From contig JBHGNT010000001.1 of NCBI GenBank assembly GCA_043228905.1, forward strand, positions 31,248,001 to 31,312,000: a stretch of DNA of 64,000 nucleotides. Reading direction: 5' to 3'. The stretch's first letter is position 1. Each line of letters begins with the position of its first letter. A program made the position numbers and the translations under genes. Shown piece after piece: positions 23,601-35,659 of the stretch. Source of the stretch: Azolla caroliniana (Eukaryota > Plantae > Polypodiophyta). Under the pieces are notes generated by a model. It was not told the origin of the DNA, did no database searches, and saw only the letters and a program-made list of their open reading frames with translations.

Positions 23601-26600
23601 GCAACATTCAACCACAAATCTCCCTAGGCTTTTCAGTTCTCAAAATATATTAACATCTTTTAAGAGTTCAAAATGGCCTATGAGACCGAACCAGAGATTA
23701 TATTTTAAGACGCTCTCTCATGTTTGAGTAAAATAAACCAAAATACAATGTAACAAAATTAGTAGAATTGACTATGGCATCAGAAAATCTCATTAGCTAA
23801 AAGCTTAAGATTTTGAACTTAGTTGGACTAAAGCTTCCATCTTCGAACGATCTCCAACATGGGCGATCCAAGATGGAGAAGTCTCTGAAGCGAGGGAAGC
23901 ACCTTGGAATTTGGGTTATAATGGACTTTATTTGTCGATTATAAGGGTGATGGGGTTGTGATCCAGATGAACACAACAAATTGCTATTTCTCGATCTATC
24001 ATTACCCCTTTCAAATGTTCTGGTTAATACCCCAGTTGCGCACCCCTTGATTGACTTGTAGCAGGAGTGATGCGTACAATAAAAGTTGTGATGGTTCCTT
24101 GTTCATGATTATTGTGCTTGTATTGTTGTCCTTCAATAACTTCACTCGAAGTCTCTTGAGTTCTAGCATGAATAGTCGTGACTTCTGAATACTGTTGGTT
24201 TTTGTGTTCCATTACCTTGCATAGTGGGCCAAAGATTTGTTTGAATGAGACAATGGTATCTCCCTCTAATTTCATAAAAAACAGCACAATGCCAAACATC
24301 CTATTCCTTTGATTCCACCCCTTGATGGCGCAATTGGCAGATATACTCTTCCATAGATTTGCGTGTATATCTCCCAAATACTGTTGGTTTTTTGTGTGCC
24401 ATTACCTTGCATAGTGGGCCAAAGATTTGTTTAAAGGAGACAATGGTATCTCCCTCTAATTTCATAAAAAACAGCACAATGGCAAACATCGTGTTCCTTC
24501 GATTCCACCCCTTGATGGCACAATTGGCAGATATGCTCTTCCATAGATTTGCATGTATATCTCCCTATCTCAATCTCTCAACTGATGCGAAAAGGTTCTG
24601 AGCTGCCCTATCACTCAGAGGGCAGGAGGTAGATGTGAATCCATTTGAGAAGGCCTGATAATAAATCCATCCCGTGTCTTTTTTTATCGATTCTCCTGCC
24701 AAGACACCGAGACGTTATGATTCATCTTCCTGAATTTAATGATACCAGTTCAGATAACTTTATTCTTTTTCACTTTGTTCATGTTCAGTTGTGAACAATC
24801 CAATCTATATTGGAATGGGATAGAGCATTTATATTTGCCGTTTGATTGGAACCATTATTGCATTTAAGCATGCCAAAACTGTTTTAATAACATAAGTGCC
24901 AGTCTTGAGTACCTTTGCTTTGGGAGCTCCCTCTCCCAAATCTGTTAGATACTGGTCATTGATCGGAATATTGCCGTGGTCACTATTGGTGCTGCCCTCA
25001 TATCTATCCTGGGTTATATCACGGGGCGCTTATGCATTGTTCCTTATCAGGGAGGCAATCATTAATGCTGAAGGTCTCTCCAAATCTGTCCATTTATGAG
25101 AGGCCAAAATATATTAATGTCTTTAAGAGGCCAAAAGGGCCTTTTAGACCAAACAAGAGATTACATCTTAAGAGGGAGAGAGAGGGAGAGGAGGAGAGAG
25201 AGGGAGAGGAGGAGAGAGAGAGAGAGATTTTATTGCTCAATAGTGGTACCATGGTGGATTGGAGAGAACCAGATTGGAGCAACATTTTTTCAAACAGTAG
25301 TGATAAGAATGGTTGGTGCAATGTCGATCCAAGTGATGGGTATAGAGGCACAGTACATTATAAAGAACAATGTGATTGCAAGTATGATGGTGCAGACGGA
25401 AGGTTTTGTGAGAAGGCAACTCAATGTGTTTGCCTTAATCAATGCTCTGGAAATGGAGTATGTAGTGGTGGATTTTGCCAGGTGGATTTCTTCAATTTCC
25501 TTGGATGCAGTATCCCTTCAAATTTCCATCTCAATAGATGTAATATTGGTGGTACACTTATAGCTCTTCGAATTTATTTTATTTATTCAGTGTACAGAAG
25601 GTTGGTATGGCGTTGATTGCAGTATACCTTCATCTCAAATAGAATCAACTAGTTGGCCGAAGTGGTTGGGAAATGGGACATTATTACCTCAAGAAACATC
25701 TTTTGCAAATGCCGGTACCACCAAAACTGCAATTATAGAGAAGAAACATCCACTCATTTATGTTTATGATTTGCCTCCACAATTCAACACTCATCTTCTA
25801 GAGGTAGGATCTTGAACAAGTTATCAATACCATGAACATGCAAAATTCGGCTCACATGCATGCTCCTGTATGCAGGGCCGGCACTGGAAATTTCATTGTG
25901 TTAACAGGATTTATGATTCTGAGAATCTGACAGTTTGGACGCCCCAATTGTATGGAGCTGAGGTATATTCCTGGTACTAACTCGATAAATTAAAAGGATT
26001 CATTTTAATCCGCTGATCCAGAAGGGATATTTGTCTCTTCAAATTGAAGCTAAGCAATCATGGTGGAACTTAAAATCTTATCTGTTATTGTAGATTGCAA
26101 GTCACAAGTGATAGATACTTTCAGCCTTGTCCCATGTTCCCTTTTTCTTTCGCCATGCACTATCCCTTTCCCTTGTTTGATGAATTAAAAATAAGCATAG
26201 TCAAAAGGGGTAGCCATTTTCAGCTTCTTGTACCATGTCCCCATTTCCTTTTATCATGCACTATACCTTTCCATTGTTTGAGCACACTCATGCCAAACGC
26301 CCCTAGAAAATGCCAATCCTCATCCTGAAAATCGCCTTGTGTAAACATGAAATTCAGCCAGTTTCAAAGAAAGCAAATTAACATTGTAAGAGACCATTCA
26401 AAGAAAGTCTATGAAGTTTTGAAAGTAAAGTCGAAATTATGACATTCGAAAATATGAAATGAGGATGTTTTTTCACACAAGTGGAATTCTGTGGCATATC
26501 AGCTAGCTTAATGCAGGAAAAGCCATCTCCTAACATGTTCAACACCAAATTTGTTAGGGCATTTATGATATCGTCCTTGAATTGTAGAATATATACAGTA

Positions 26601-29600
26601 CATTCTTAGATTGAATAATGAAACTGCCATAAATGCACTGAATTTTTTTAGGAGATGTAGAAAAACCACGGCACTCTCCCATGAGATAAATACAAGCCAT
26701 TAAAATCTAATGTGCAAAAAAACGTGAGTTGCTGACTATTCTGTTATTTTTAGTATTAAAATATTGTCATTGAAGGTGCTTGGTGATTGTGCACAATATC
26801 TAATCGTTAAATAATATAAAGTTCACATCAACAGACATTAAATACCCAAAATTCCAAAGTATTGATGCTGTAACATAAAAACTTACGAGGACCCTTTTTT
26901 TATGGATCCCCCATATATTGTGAGTCTTTTTACTCTGAGAAAAGCCACTGAACATATAACAGACTTCTAAAACATTTATCCTGTCAGAATTTCTAATTAT
27001 GGTAGTCGACCTCTATGGGGACATGTAGTCAAGGCTTCTCTTTCTTGATTATTTGTTTACACAAGATGCTTTCTTTTCTATGGACTATTCTTTAGGAATG
27101 TCTCTTGTTATAAGGCTAGATAACTATCAATATTATCTTGTGGTTTGTGAAAATTCAAATAATATTTCTTGATTATTTGTTTACACAAGATGCTTTCTTT
27201 TCTATGGACTATTCTTTAGGAATGTCTATTGTTATTAGGCTAGGTAACTTATCAATATTATCTTGTGGTTTGTGAAAATTCAATAATATGAGAGCATTAT
27301 TTATTTATCTTATTTTTATGTTATGTAGATTGCTGTATATGAGAGCTTGCTAGCTAGCCCCCATCGGACAACTAATGCTGAAGAGGCCGATTTCTTCTAT
27401 GTACCTGTTTTTGGTGCATGCCTTATAACACGTGCTGACGATACTCCTCATCTTTCTATGAATGTATTGGCTTCTCCTATAGCCCACATTGGCCTCTTAA
27501 AAGATGTTAACATATCTTTCTTTCTAACTAGAGTTTTCTTTCTTCAATCTAATTACGCTGACATAGAAAGATGATATCTTTATAACATTGTGAGTGTGTG
27601 TCCTTTTAAGTTATATAATAAAACTTTATCAGTGCCTGCCCATTAACTGTTGTTCATAATAAGAAAAGAAATGGGCGATAATGCTGCTGGTTTAATGAAT
27701 ATAACGAGAGATTCTGTCAATTGCTGATGTTATGAAGCGATCAAGCCTTTGATTGTGTCAGTCCATAGGATGACATTTGTTTTTCTATATTAGTGTTGTT
27801 GATTCTGGATTTCTCACATTTGGTTTATTGTTGCAGGAATTTATGGGCTTTAGGAGCTATACCGCTCTAGACTTGTATAGGAAAGCATATCATCATATCA
27901 GGCAAAGCTACCCCTATTGGAATCGCACAGATGGACGTGACCACATTTGGGTATTGTAAATTTGGCATAGCCCTTTTTTGTTCATGATAACCTTTTGTGA
28001 CATAAAACAAGCTTCCAAACTTGATTATAAAACTGCTGTGCAGTTCTTTTCTTGGGATGAGGGGGCATGTTTTGCTCCAAAAGAAATCTGGAACAGCATG
28101 ATGCTTGTACATTGGGGAAACACCAATGCCAAACATAATTATTCCACAACAGGCTACTTTCCAGATAATTGGGATCACATACCAATTGCAGCGAGAGGAA
28201 GTCATGTTTGCTTTGATCCTGAAAAAGACCTTGTTCTGCCTGCATGGAAGGTTCCAGATGCTAGTCTCATTTCTGAGAGATTTTGGGAAAGGTAATGATC
28301 TCTCCCTCTATATATACGTCCATCATAATTGACAATATGTGTCATTGCATTTATTTTTCAGCATTGTTTACTCATTGATTGCTTCTTGACTTCCAAGTCT
28401 CATACTTCAGACTCTAATAGATGTTAATGTATCTTTTTTGTTTCCTTTTCTGTAAAGCGTACTTCATTAATGTACAATATTGGGAATACCCACTCTCATG
28501 ATCTCCATCAACCTGAGTGCTTCAAGCTTAAGATTTTCCAGATATGTGTTGGTTGGGCGACATAATAATGAGATATTTTCTTCCAATTTCATGTAGTGCC
28601 AATCCCTTGGTTATTGCAGGCCTATATTCCAAAGGACAACATTGTTCTATTTCAATGGGAACTTGGGCCATGATTATGAATATGGTCGTCCAGAGCCAAG
28701 GTTTACTAGTTCTGAATTAATCTTTGATAAAGTCAGATTGACGGACAAACCAATGACATGGATTTTCACACTGATTTTTTGTTTGTCTAGATATAGCATG
28801 GGAATCCGACAGAAGCTGGCCCGTGAATTTGGTTCATCGCTTAATAAAGATGGAGTGTTAGGAAAGAATTCCACAAATGATGTGATTGTCACGAGTGTTA
28901 GAAGCAACACATACTCAGAAGAGTTAGGAAGCTCGAAGTTCTGCGGAGTGCTGCCTGGTGATGGTTGGAGTGGACGAATGGAAGACAGCATCCTACATGG
29001 CTGCATTCCTGTAATCATCCAAGTATGGATTCATATTCTAACACAGCCTGGATGTCAAATAATATAAATCTCATCATCGTTATCTTCTTGTTATTATATG
29101 CTCAGGATGGTATACAGCTCATATATGAGAATGTGCTGGATTATGATAAATTTGCAGTACGCATCAAGGAAGACGAAATACCACAACTTGTCAACATATT
29201 GAGGGTAGACTCTCACTTTCCAGTTTTACATAGTATGGTGGAAGCTTGTGATTGATTATCATGTCAATTTTTGTGAAACTGTGGATAGAACATGAGCGAA
29301 ACAGAAGTGGATTCCAAACTTTCTGTTATTCAGAAAATGTGGCAAAGGTTTCTATATCGTGATGCCATTCTTTTGGAGGCACAAAGACAGAAAGAGCAAT
29401 TCAACAAAACCAGTGAATGGGCAAACGCCTTTGCAACACTGATAGATGATGATGATGCTTTCTCAACTTTGATAGAGGTTAGTAGTGCAACTTTTGCTGT
29501 TTCTTATATATTATCAGTCTTGATGCTATTATGTCCTGATTCTTCCAAATGTGGCGGGTGTAAAAATGTCTTTGAATATGAGAGAATCAGTTGATTGAAG

Positions 29601-30241
29601 TATCAGATGAAACAACCATTCAGAGTGAGCCCCTAATTAGCTGATGTAGAATTGTGGTGTATATGGACACCAATTAAAAAATTGTATAGCATTCATGTGT
29701 ATTCCAATCAATCTAAGCATATCACCATAGAGTAGTCAGCACATTACTTAATGTTCATGTTTATTGGTTTCGCCTATTGATAGAAATAGGATTTTACAGA
29801 GAGAAATGAGTTCATGCTGAAAAAAAGGACTGCCTAATTGAACTGATTGATTCTTGGCTGTGACATACAATGATGCAGCTGGTGGTATATAATAGGGACT
29901 CGATCCATGCTTCAAATTAGATTTTATTGCATAGTACTGTTAATGTGGTTGATTTATACAATAAAGCTCTTTAATACAAAATATTAATGTTGATGATGGA
30001 TTGTACATACATGCACATGGATAGGGAAAGAGTAGTATCTATATGGCATGACATTTTATTGCATTTTTTTCTTGGTAATTTCATAAGAATGCTGGTCATG
30101 GTTTTGGTCAATTTTTTTTGTATATTTATGTATGGAAATTTTTGTATGTAGGTACTGCATTACAAGTTGTATAATGATGACTGGAGGCAACAAACAGAGC
30201 GGCATGATGGAGCATTACCCAATGCTTGCGTTAAAGTTTGA
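20601..30241 (+). CDS. ExAD: GT47 exostosin-family glycosyltransferase with EGF-like repeats, resembling ExAD/At3g57630 (extensin arabinosyltransferase); 14 exons, ~801 aa
   Basis: Exons 20601-20999, 22535-22628, 22836-23022, 25244-25481, 25591-25803, 25876-25962, 27329-27463, 27837-27950, 28044-28291, 28620-28700, 28791-29022, 29106-29204, 29289-29477, 30152-30241 splice in frame (2406 nt). Features: type II TM segment, EGF Cys motifs ([22 protein letters not shown]), [53 protein letters not shown]. Orthology is recognised from memory. Confidence 0.85.
23760..25090 (-). other. Degenerate coding-like insertion in GT47 intron 3 (probable TE remnant) with an internal 189-bp tandem duplication (24188/24377)
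   Basis: The peptide [38 protein letters not shown] is duplicated. I do not recognise the family. Confidence 0.45.
27042..27288. repeat. Intronic tandem duplication, period ~124 bp
   Basis: TTCTTGATTATTTGTTTACACAAGATGC...GTGGTTTGTGAAAATTCAA occurs twice, near-identical. Confidence 0.9.
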
Positions 30242-30661
30242 AAATTTCATTAAATATATTAATTCCCTATTCTTGTAGTATATTTGGCCAATCGGGCTGT
30301 ATCAAAGTTTGTAGACTGTAAGGTCGTTAGCTTGATACACTGATGCAGCATGTAATTTAGGAGGAAGTGATGATATGATGGATGTAACAGAGATGTGTAA
30401 AGCAAGGATTTGAAGTTATGACCTTTTGTTGTAGTTTAGGAGGAACTTGGAAGCGATGATATGTGGTAACAGAGATGTGTAAAATCAAGGATTTTGAACC
30501 CATGACCTTTTGTTGATGTCTATTAGCTTACAACTAGGGTAAGCCTATTACAATAAAACAAAAAAGCTTTTAACATATATATGTATATATATAATAATAG
30601 ATAGATAGATAGATAAAATTAATTTAGCCATAGAAGGTCAAGGCATCACTTGTTCTAACTA

Positions 30662-31657
30662 CAGTAACCATTCGGTTAAGTGTGTGCCCACTTAAGTGCA
30701 CCATTCTATTAAGTGCGCTTTCTATAGAGGTCAAAATTCCGATCAAAAAAATTACATTGTTCATGATGAAATTACATCAAGCGAAATTAAAACTATTTCA
30801 CAACATTCAAAAAAACAATAAAAGAAAGGAGTTTCTAACCAAAAAAAAATTTAAAAGAATTTGTTACGTGATGGTGGGTGGGATCTTGTGATTGTGGGTG
30901 GGGGTCTCCTAAAAATGCACAAAGACAAATGCAAGGAAAAAAAGAACCAAATTTTGGAATCGGTCTCTTGAGTCGTAGTGTCTGTTTGTGTGTTATGTTT
31001 TGTATGTGTGCGTGTGTGTTTCTACTTAACCCAATTATCCATTTCCTTTTTGGTATTCATTCATTCTTAATTATGTTTCTTTCTTTCTCTCCCTCCCTCA
31101 CTTTCTTAATTTTCTTTCTTTCTCTCGATCTCTCCACCCGCCACCGCCTTCGTTCGTTCTTAATTTTCTCCTTCTTTCTTTCTCTCCCCCCCTCCCTCCT
31201 CCCTCTCTTTCTCTTTCTGTGCATCTCGTTTATTTTATTTCTGTTCCAGCCTATGCTTTCTCCTTTGCTCCTCCTCTCTCTTTTCCGGTCTCCTCCATCT
31301 CCACCTGTACTACGATTCCTCAAACCTCCCGCCACATAGGAAGAGAATGCAAGGAAAAATCTCATCATATCCAAGGAAGTCCATTAGGTAGGCCTAATAA
31401 AAAGGCAAAAACTCAAGGTAATATGAAATCGGGAAAAAGTGATATCAAACAAGAGTATATTGAAACCATAAACATTTCAGGTCACTTATATCACATTAAT
31501 CGATCAAATTTGTAATAAAGAAACATATGATACGAACACAGAAGGAAAAAAATTCAAGAAACCCTAAAAATTTTCAGAAAACCCCTAAATGCGCAGCTCG
31601 GTTAAGTGCGCACTTCACCCATGCGTTCAAAGTGCGAACTTAACCGAATGGTTACTG
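30662..31657. mobile_element. Non-autonomous Tc1/mariner/pogo-type DNA transposon (MITE-like), 996 bp
   Basis: Perfect 20-bp TIR CAGTAACCATTCGGTTAAGT at 30662-30681 and 31638-31657, flanked by TA at both ends. No transposase ORF. Confidence 0.88.
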
Positions 31658-32256
31658 TAGATTGTTCAAATATCATTTTAGTAAAACCTATGCTTACTTT
31701 TTCATTACTTGAGATTAGAGCCAAGGAAATTGTTATATAGAAGGCTTGATATGGCTAATAATAATATGTTTAACAAGTAAAAAGACCCTTTACCTATGAT
31801 TAAATTGCTAGAACACCTCTATGTCTTGCAAATGATTAGAATGTGCATGTGAACAACAATATGGGTATTATACTCGTATGCACAAACATGGTTGTGCCAT
31901 AGGTGGAACATATGATTGCATGTAGTAGTGTTTGAACTCGCACAACTTTCTCGTGAGATGCTAGTACATCCTCTATTTTTGTTTATATTTATAGAAGATT
32001 TTAGAATGCGCTAGAACCTAAACGCATGTGTGACACTTGGCAAGGGAACTTGTGACACAATCACATCAAGATGTGCAGGTTTGTAAGGTAGGTGGTGATT
32101 AGGGGAAAGACAAAGTGAATGCGGGATGGGATTTGCAACAAGTTATGAAGATTTTTGAAACAAAGGATGAGGAGGTATATGTGGTGCTAATTTGTGAGGG
32201 ATCTTTATAGATTGATAACATATTATACGGAGTATATGTGGTGCTAATATGTGTGC

Positions 32257-32302
<46 letters not shown>

Positions 32303-33757
32303 CGAAGACAATAACTTGTATTGACAAAATAATGGAAGATTACAATAATAAGAACTCTACTTGATTGAATGGCAAACAACAACATAAGAAATGAGGGTTT
32401 CATTTTTATTTTTTTTCCAAAGTAAAGCTACTTTCCCATTAGTTAGGAAGGATTATTACACAGAGTCTATAAGGAGACTTATACACACATCGGGGAGACT
32501 TCCTCCGATCAAGCCAAAGAAGATGAGCCACTTACATTGCCTTGCGGCCTAACTTAATGTAAGAAGCTACCTGTATCCAAGGCGATGCCCTTCGATGTTG
32601 CCTAGGGAACCATGTACATAGTGTGAAAAAGGATAGTGGGTAGAATATCACAATATACTATTTGTTAATGCAATGATTATCCATCTTTACATATGAGAGG
32701 GAAGATAAATACATACTTATGACACTAATTGGTTTTCTTAATGCACATGTGCCTGCCACATAGTTCACACGCATGGTTGAGCTTGGTCTACTAAGTTTAT
32801 CGTGGACCCACCTACTTAAACTTCTACAAACAATTACTTATTGTTTTGTGATGTCAATGATGCAGAGTGGAGTAACACCCTATTGTTGACGAGACTAGTG
32901 AGAGAGGGTGTCAAACTTTCTCAAGCATATCGATAGAGTGAACTAGCTAACCCAATGAACTATCCTCTCTAATCTCACTCTTATTCTCCATTACATAATA
33001 CAGAAGGCATTACCAAATGAGACTTAACATATATCACCACGTTTTATTGACTACTTAATCAGATGTAAATTAAAACAAGAAAGACATGATGAAGTTGATC
33101 ACAATCACTTAAGATGGAGACCCAAAGATTGAGCTATGGGTAAAAGATGAGGCTCAAAAGTTGCGTATATGAGTTAGGTTCTTTATCTCTCTCCTAGTTT
33201 GTCTCTTGCTCCTAGACTTGACCCTGTGGTGCCAATGCCAACGTTTTCGGAAAGGCACAAGAAAAGCAAAGTATGACAATATTACAATCAAAGAGCTTAG
33301 ATTTTCTTTATTTGCTTCTTCATTCCTTGTCTATCTCAACAAATAAACTAGATGAAAGCCAAAGACTATTGAAAATCATCTAGGAACCAAATTGATATGC
33401 CAAAGATCAACATCTTCTATAAGAAATTGGTCATGATGTAATGCTAGTGCACCTTGATTTTCTTTGTTTGTGCATGAGATATGAAGTTTCATGTTAGCTA
33501 GATGTAATGATATCATTAGAATGTAGTCACATCACACCATCGATTAAGATGTTAAAGTCTTTGAAGATGTACCTAAGCCACACAAATTTATAGACACTAA
33601 TTGTTGCGCCTTTATACTTTTGTCTTTGTGCTTGATAGAGTTGGCATAGGTTGCATCTTGATGCTCTATGAGACCACGCTTCATGAGACAATATCGAAGT
33701 TGAATCCCCATGTCGATTGTAATTCAATCTAGCTATCACACCATTTAACATTTGTGT

Positions 33758-34275
33758 AGCCCTCGAGCCAAATGTGGTTCAAACAATGTTGTTGACATAC
33801 CTTAACCCTCGCTTTCCCTAGTCCAATCGCATATTGATGAGTGCTAGCACAAACCATCGAAGCAGGTCAATAATGTAGCTAAGGTCGGGTTGAGGATCGT
33901 CAAGTAGATTACATTATCATTATTGTGTCGGGTCAACCCTCGAGCCAAATGTTGTTGACGTACCTTAACCCTTGCTTTCCATAGTCCAAGCGCATATTGA
34001 TGAGCGCTAGCACAAACCATCGAAGGAGGTCAATAATGTAGCTAAGGTTGGGTTGAGGATCATCAAGTAGATTATATTATTGCGATCGTGTCGGGTGAGC
34101 CCTCGAGCCAAATCTAGTTCAAACAATGTTGTTGACGTGCCTTAACCCTCGCTTTCCGTAGTCCAAGCGCATATTGATGAGTGCTGGCACAAACCATCGA
34201 AGGAGGTAAATAATGTAGCTAAGGTCGGGTTGAGGATCATCGAGTAGATTACGTTATCTTTATCATGTCGGGTCG
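33758..34275. repeat. Three tandem copies of a ~160-180 bp unit inside a decayed retroelement
   Basis: CCCTCGAGCCAAAT..GTTGAC..CCTTAACCCT..GCACAAACCATCGAAG..GGGTTGAGGATC starts at ~33758, 33937 and 34098. Confidence 0.9.
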
Positions 34276-34329
34276 TAGAAAATAGAGGCAAAGCAATATG
34301 CCTTCATGATGAAGTTATTGATAGTCCTC

Positions 34330-34860
34330 CAACATGAAACTTCAAAGAAGTGTCTCAAGATCTTTAGTGGGCAAGAGTGATGAATGAAAAGGTGTTACCC
34401 CTTTATGACAATGAGATATAGGAGCTCATATTGTCTTTCCCATACAAGCACCCCATTGATTTACAAGGCAAAGAACAAATTCAACACAAAGCTTGCATCC
34501 TCACCAAAGGTTACACCCCGATCATTTGATGAGATCATTGTCCCCATCACAAATATGATGTGCACGTGTATCCAAATACACTTGTTGCTGGAAAGTGGCA
34601 CTTCCATAACATGGATGTGCAAAATGCCTTCTTCTAAGGAGAATTTGAGGAAAAAGTATATATGCAACAAGAACCGCATGGACTCAAATTTGAATCCCAC
34701 GTGTGTGCAATATGTTGACTCATGAATCTAGTATACATAATACAATCTCAAGCAAGTATTGAGGGCATGGCACTTGATGGTCACGAAATACCTAAGGTTA
34801 GGATCGACTAAGTCAGAAAACTCCATCTATGTGTGATCCGACAAACCAAATGACCTGTGA
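34330..34860 (+). mobile_element. Decayed Ty1/copia reverse transcriptase remnant
   Basis: WHFHNMDVQNAFF*GEFEEKVYMQQ corresponds to the copia RT motif MDVKNAFLHGxLEEEVYMxQP, with stops and frameshifts. Confidence 0.8.
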
Positions 34861-35323
34861 TTGGAGGCAAACACTACATTTTTTCATCGGACTACAATGA
34901 TTTGCATGGACCATGCGATGCGATGCGACCTTGCATTTGACTGAAGGCTCAATAGATTATCGAAAGGATGGCCATGATGTGGCGTAAACGGAAAACGTGA
35001 GTAAGAAGAGAGACATTTGTGTGGGTCATGAAGATTAGTAAAACTAGTGTTCAAATTTGGGAAATATGTACATAGAATTGAGTCAGTTACATATACATAT
35101 TGTAAAGTTGTAAGTAGTTTGTGTATAATTTGATTTGATGAAGAAGGGAGAAGGGCCAGAAATATAAATAAGTCGAAAACAAATACGTAATTAATTTTAA
35201 ATGAGAAAATGAATGAATGGCATGACCTTGCATGATAAATAAGAAGAGAAACAAAATTGTCGGACGTGAGACGGACATTTAAATTCAGTTAAATCCTTTG
35301 TATTTTTCTCAATATTCTCTCTC

Positions 35324-35368
<45 letters not shown>

Positions 35369-35659
35369 CTTCGCTGACTGAACTCTGCGTTTGTCGCCAT
35401 AGCCAAAAAGCTTCCGAGGGTAACAAAACACAGACATCGGAAGCGTGACATCGTGCGCGCGATCCACAGAGCAAGACACAGAAATATATATAATATATCT
35501 AGGAAGAAAGAAAGAAAAGAAAGAAAGATCCACAGAGAGAGAGAGAGAGAGAAAGGGCTAAAGCTTTTCTCTCGCCATAGTCAGACCTTCTGCGACGCGC
35601 CTCTCTCATTTCTTTCTGAGTAGCACCGGAGTCCCGTCCCTTCCCTTTCTTTGCTGGAT

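Noticed and set aside
30878-31515. Hydrophobic or Arg-rich ORFs of 98-153 aa
   Set aside because: They are translations of CT/GA low-complexity DNA inside the MITE.
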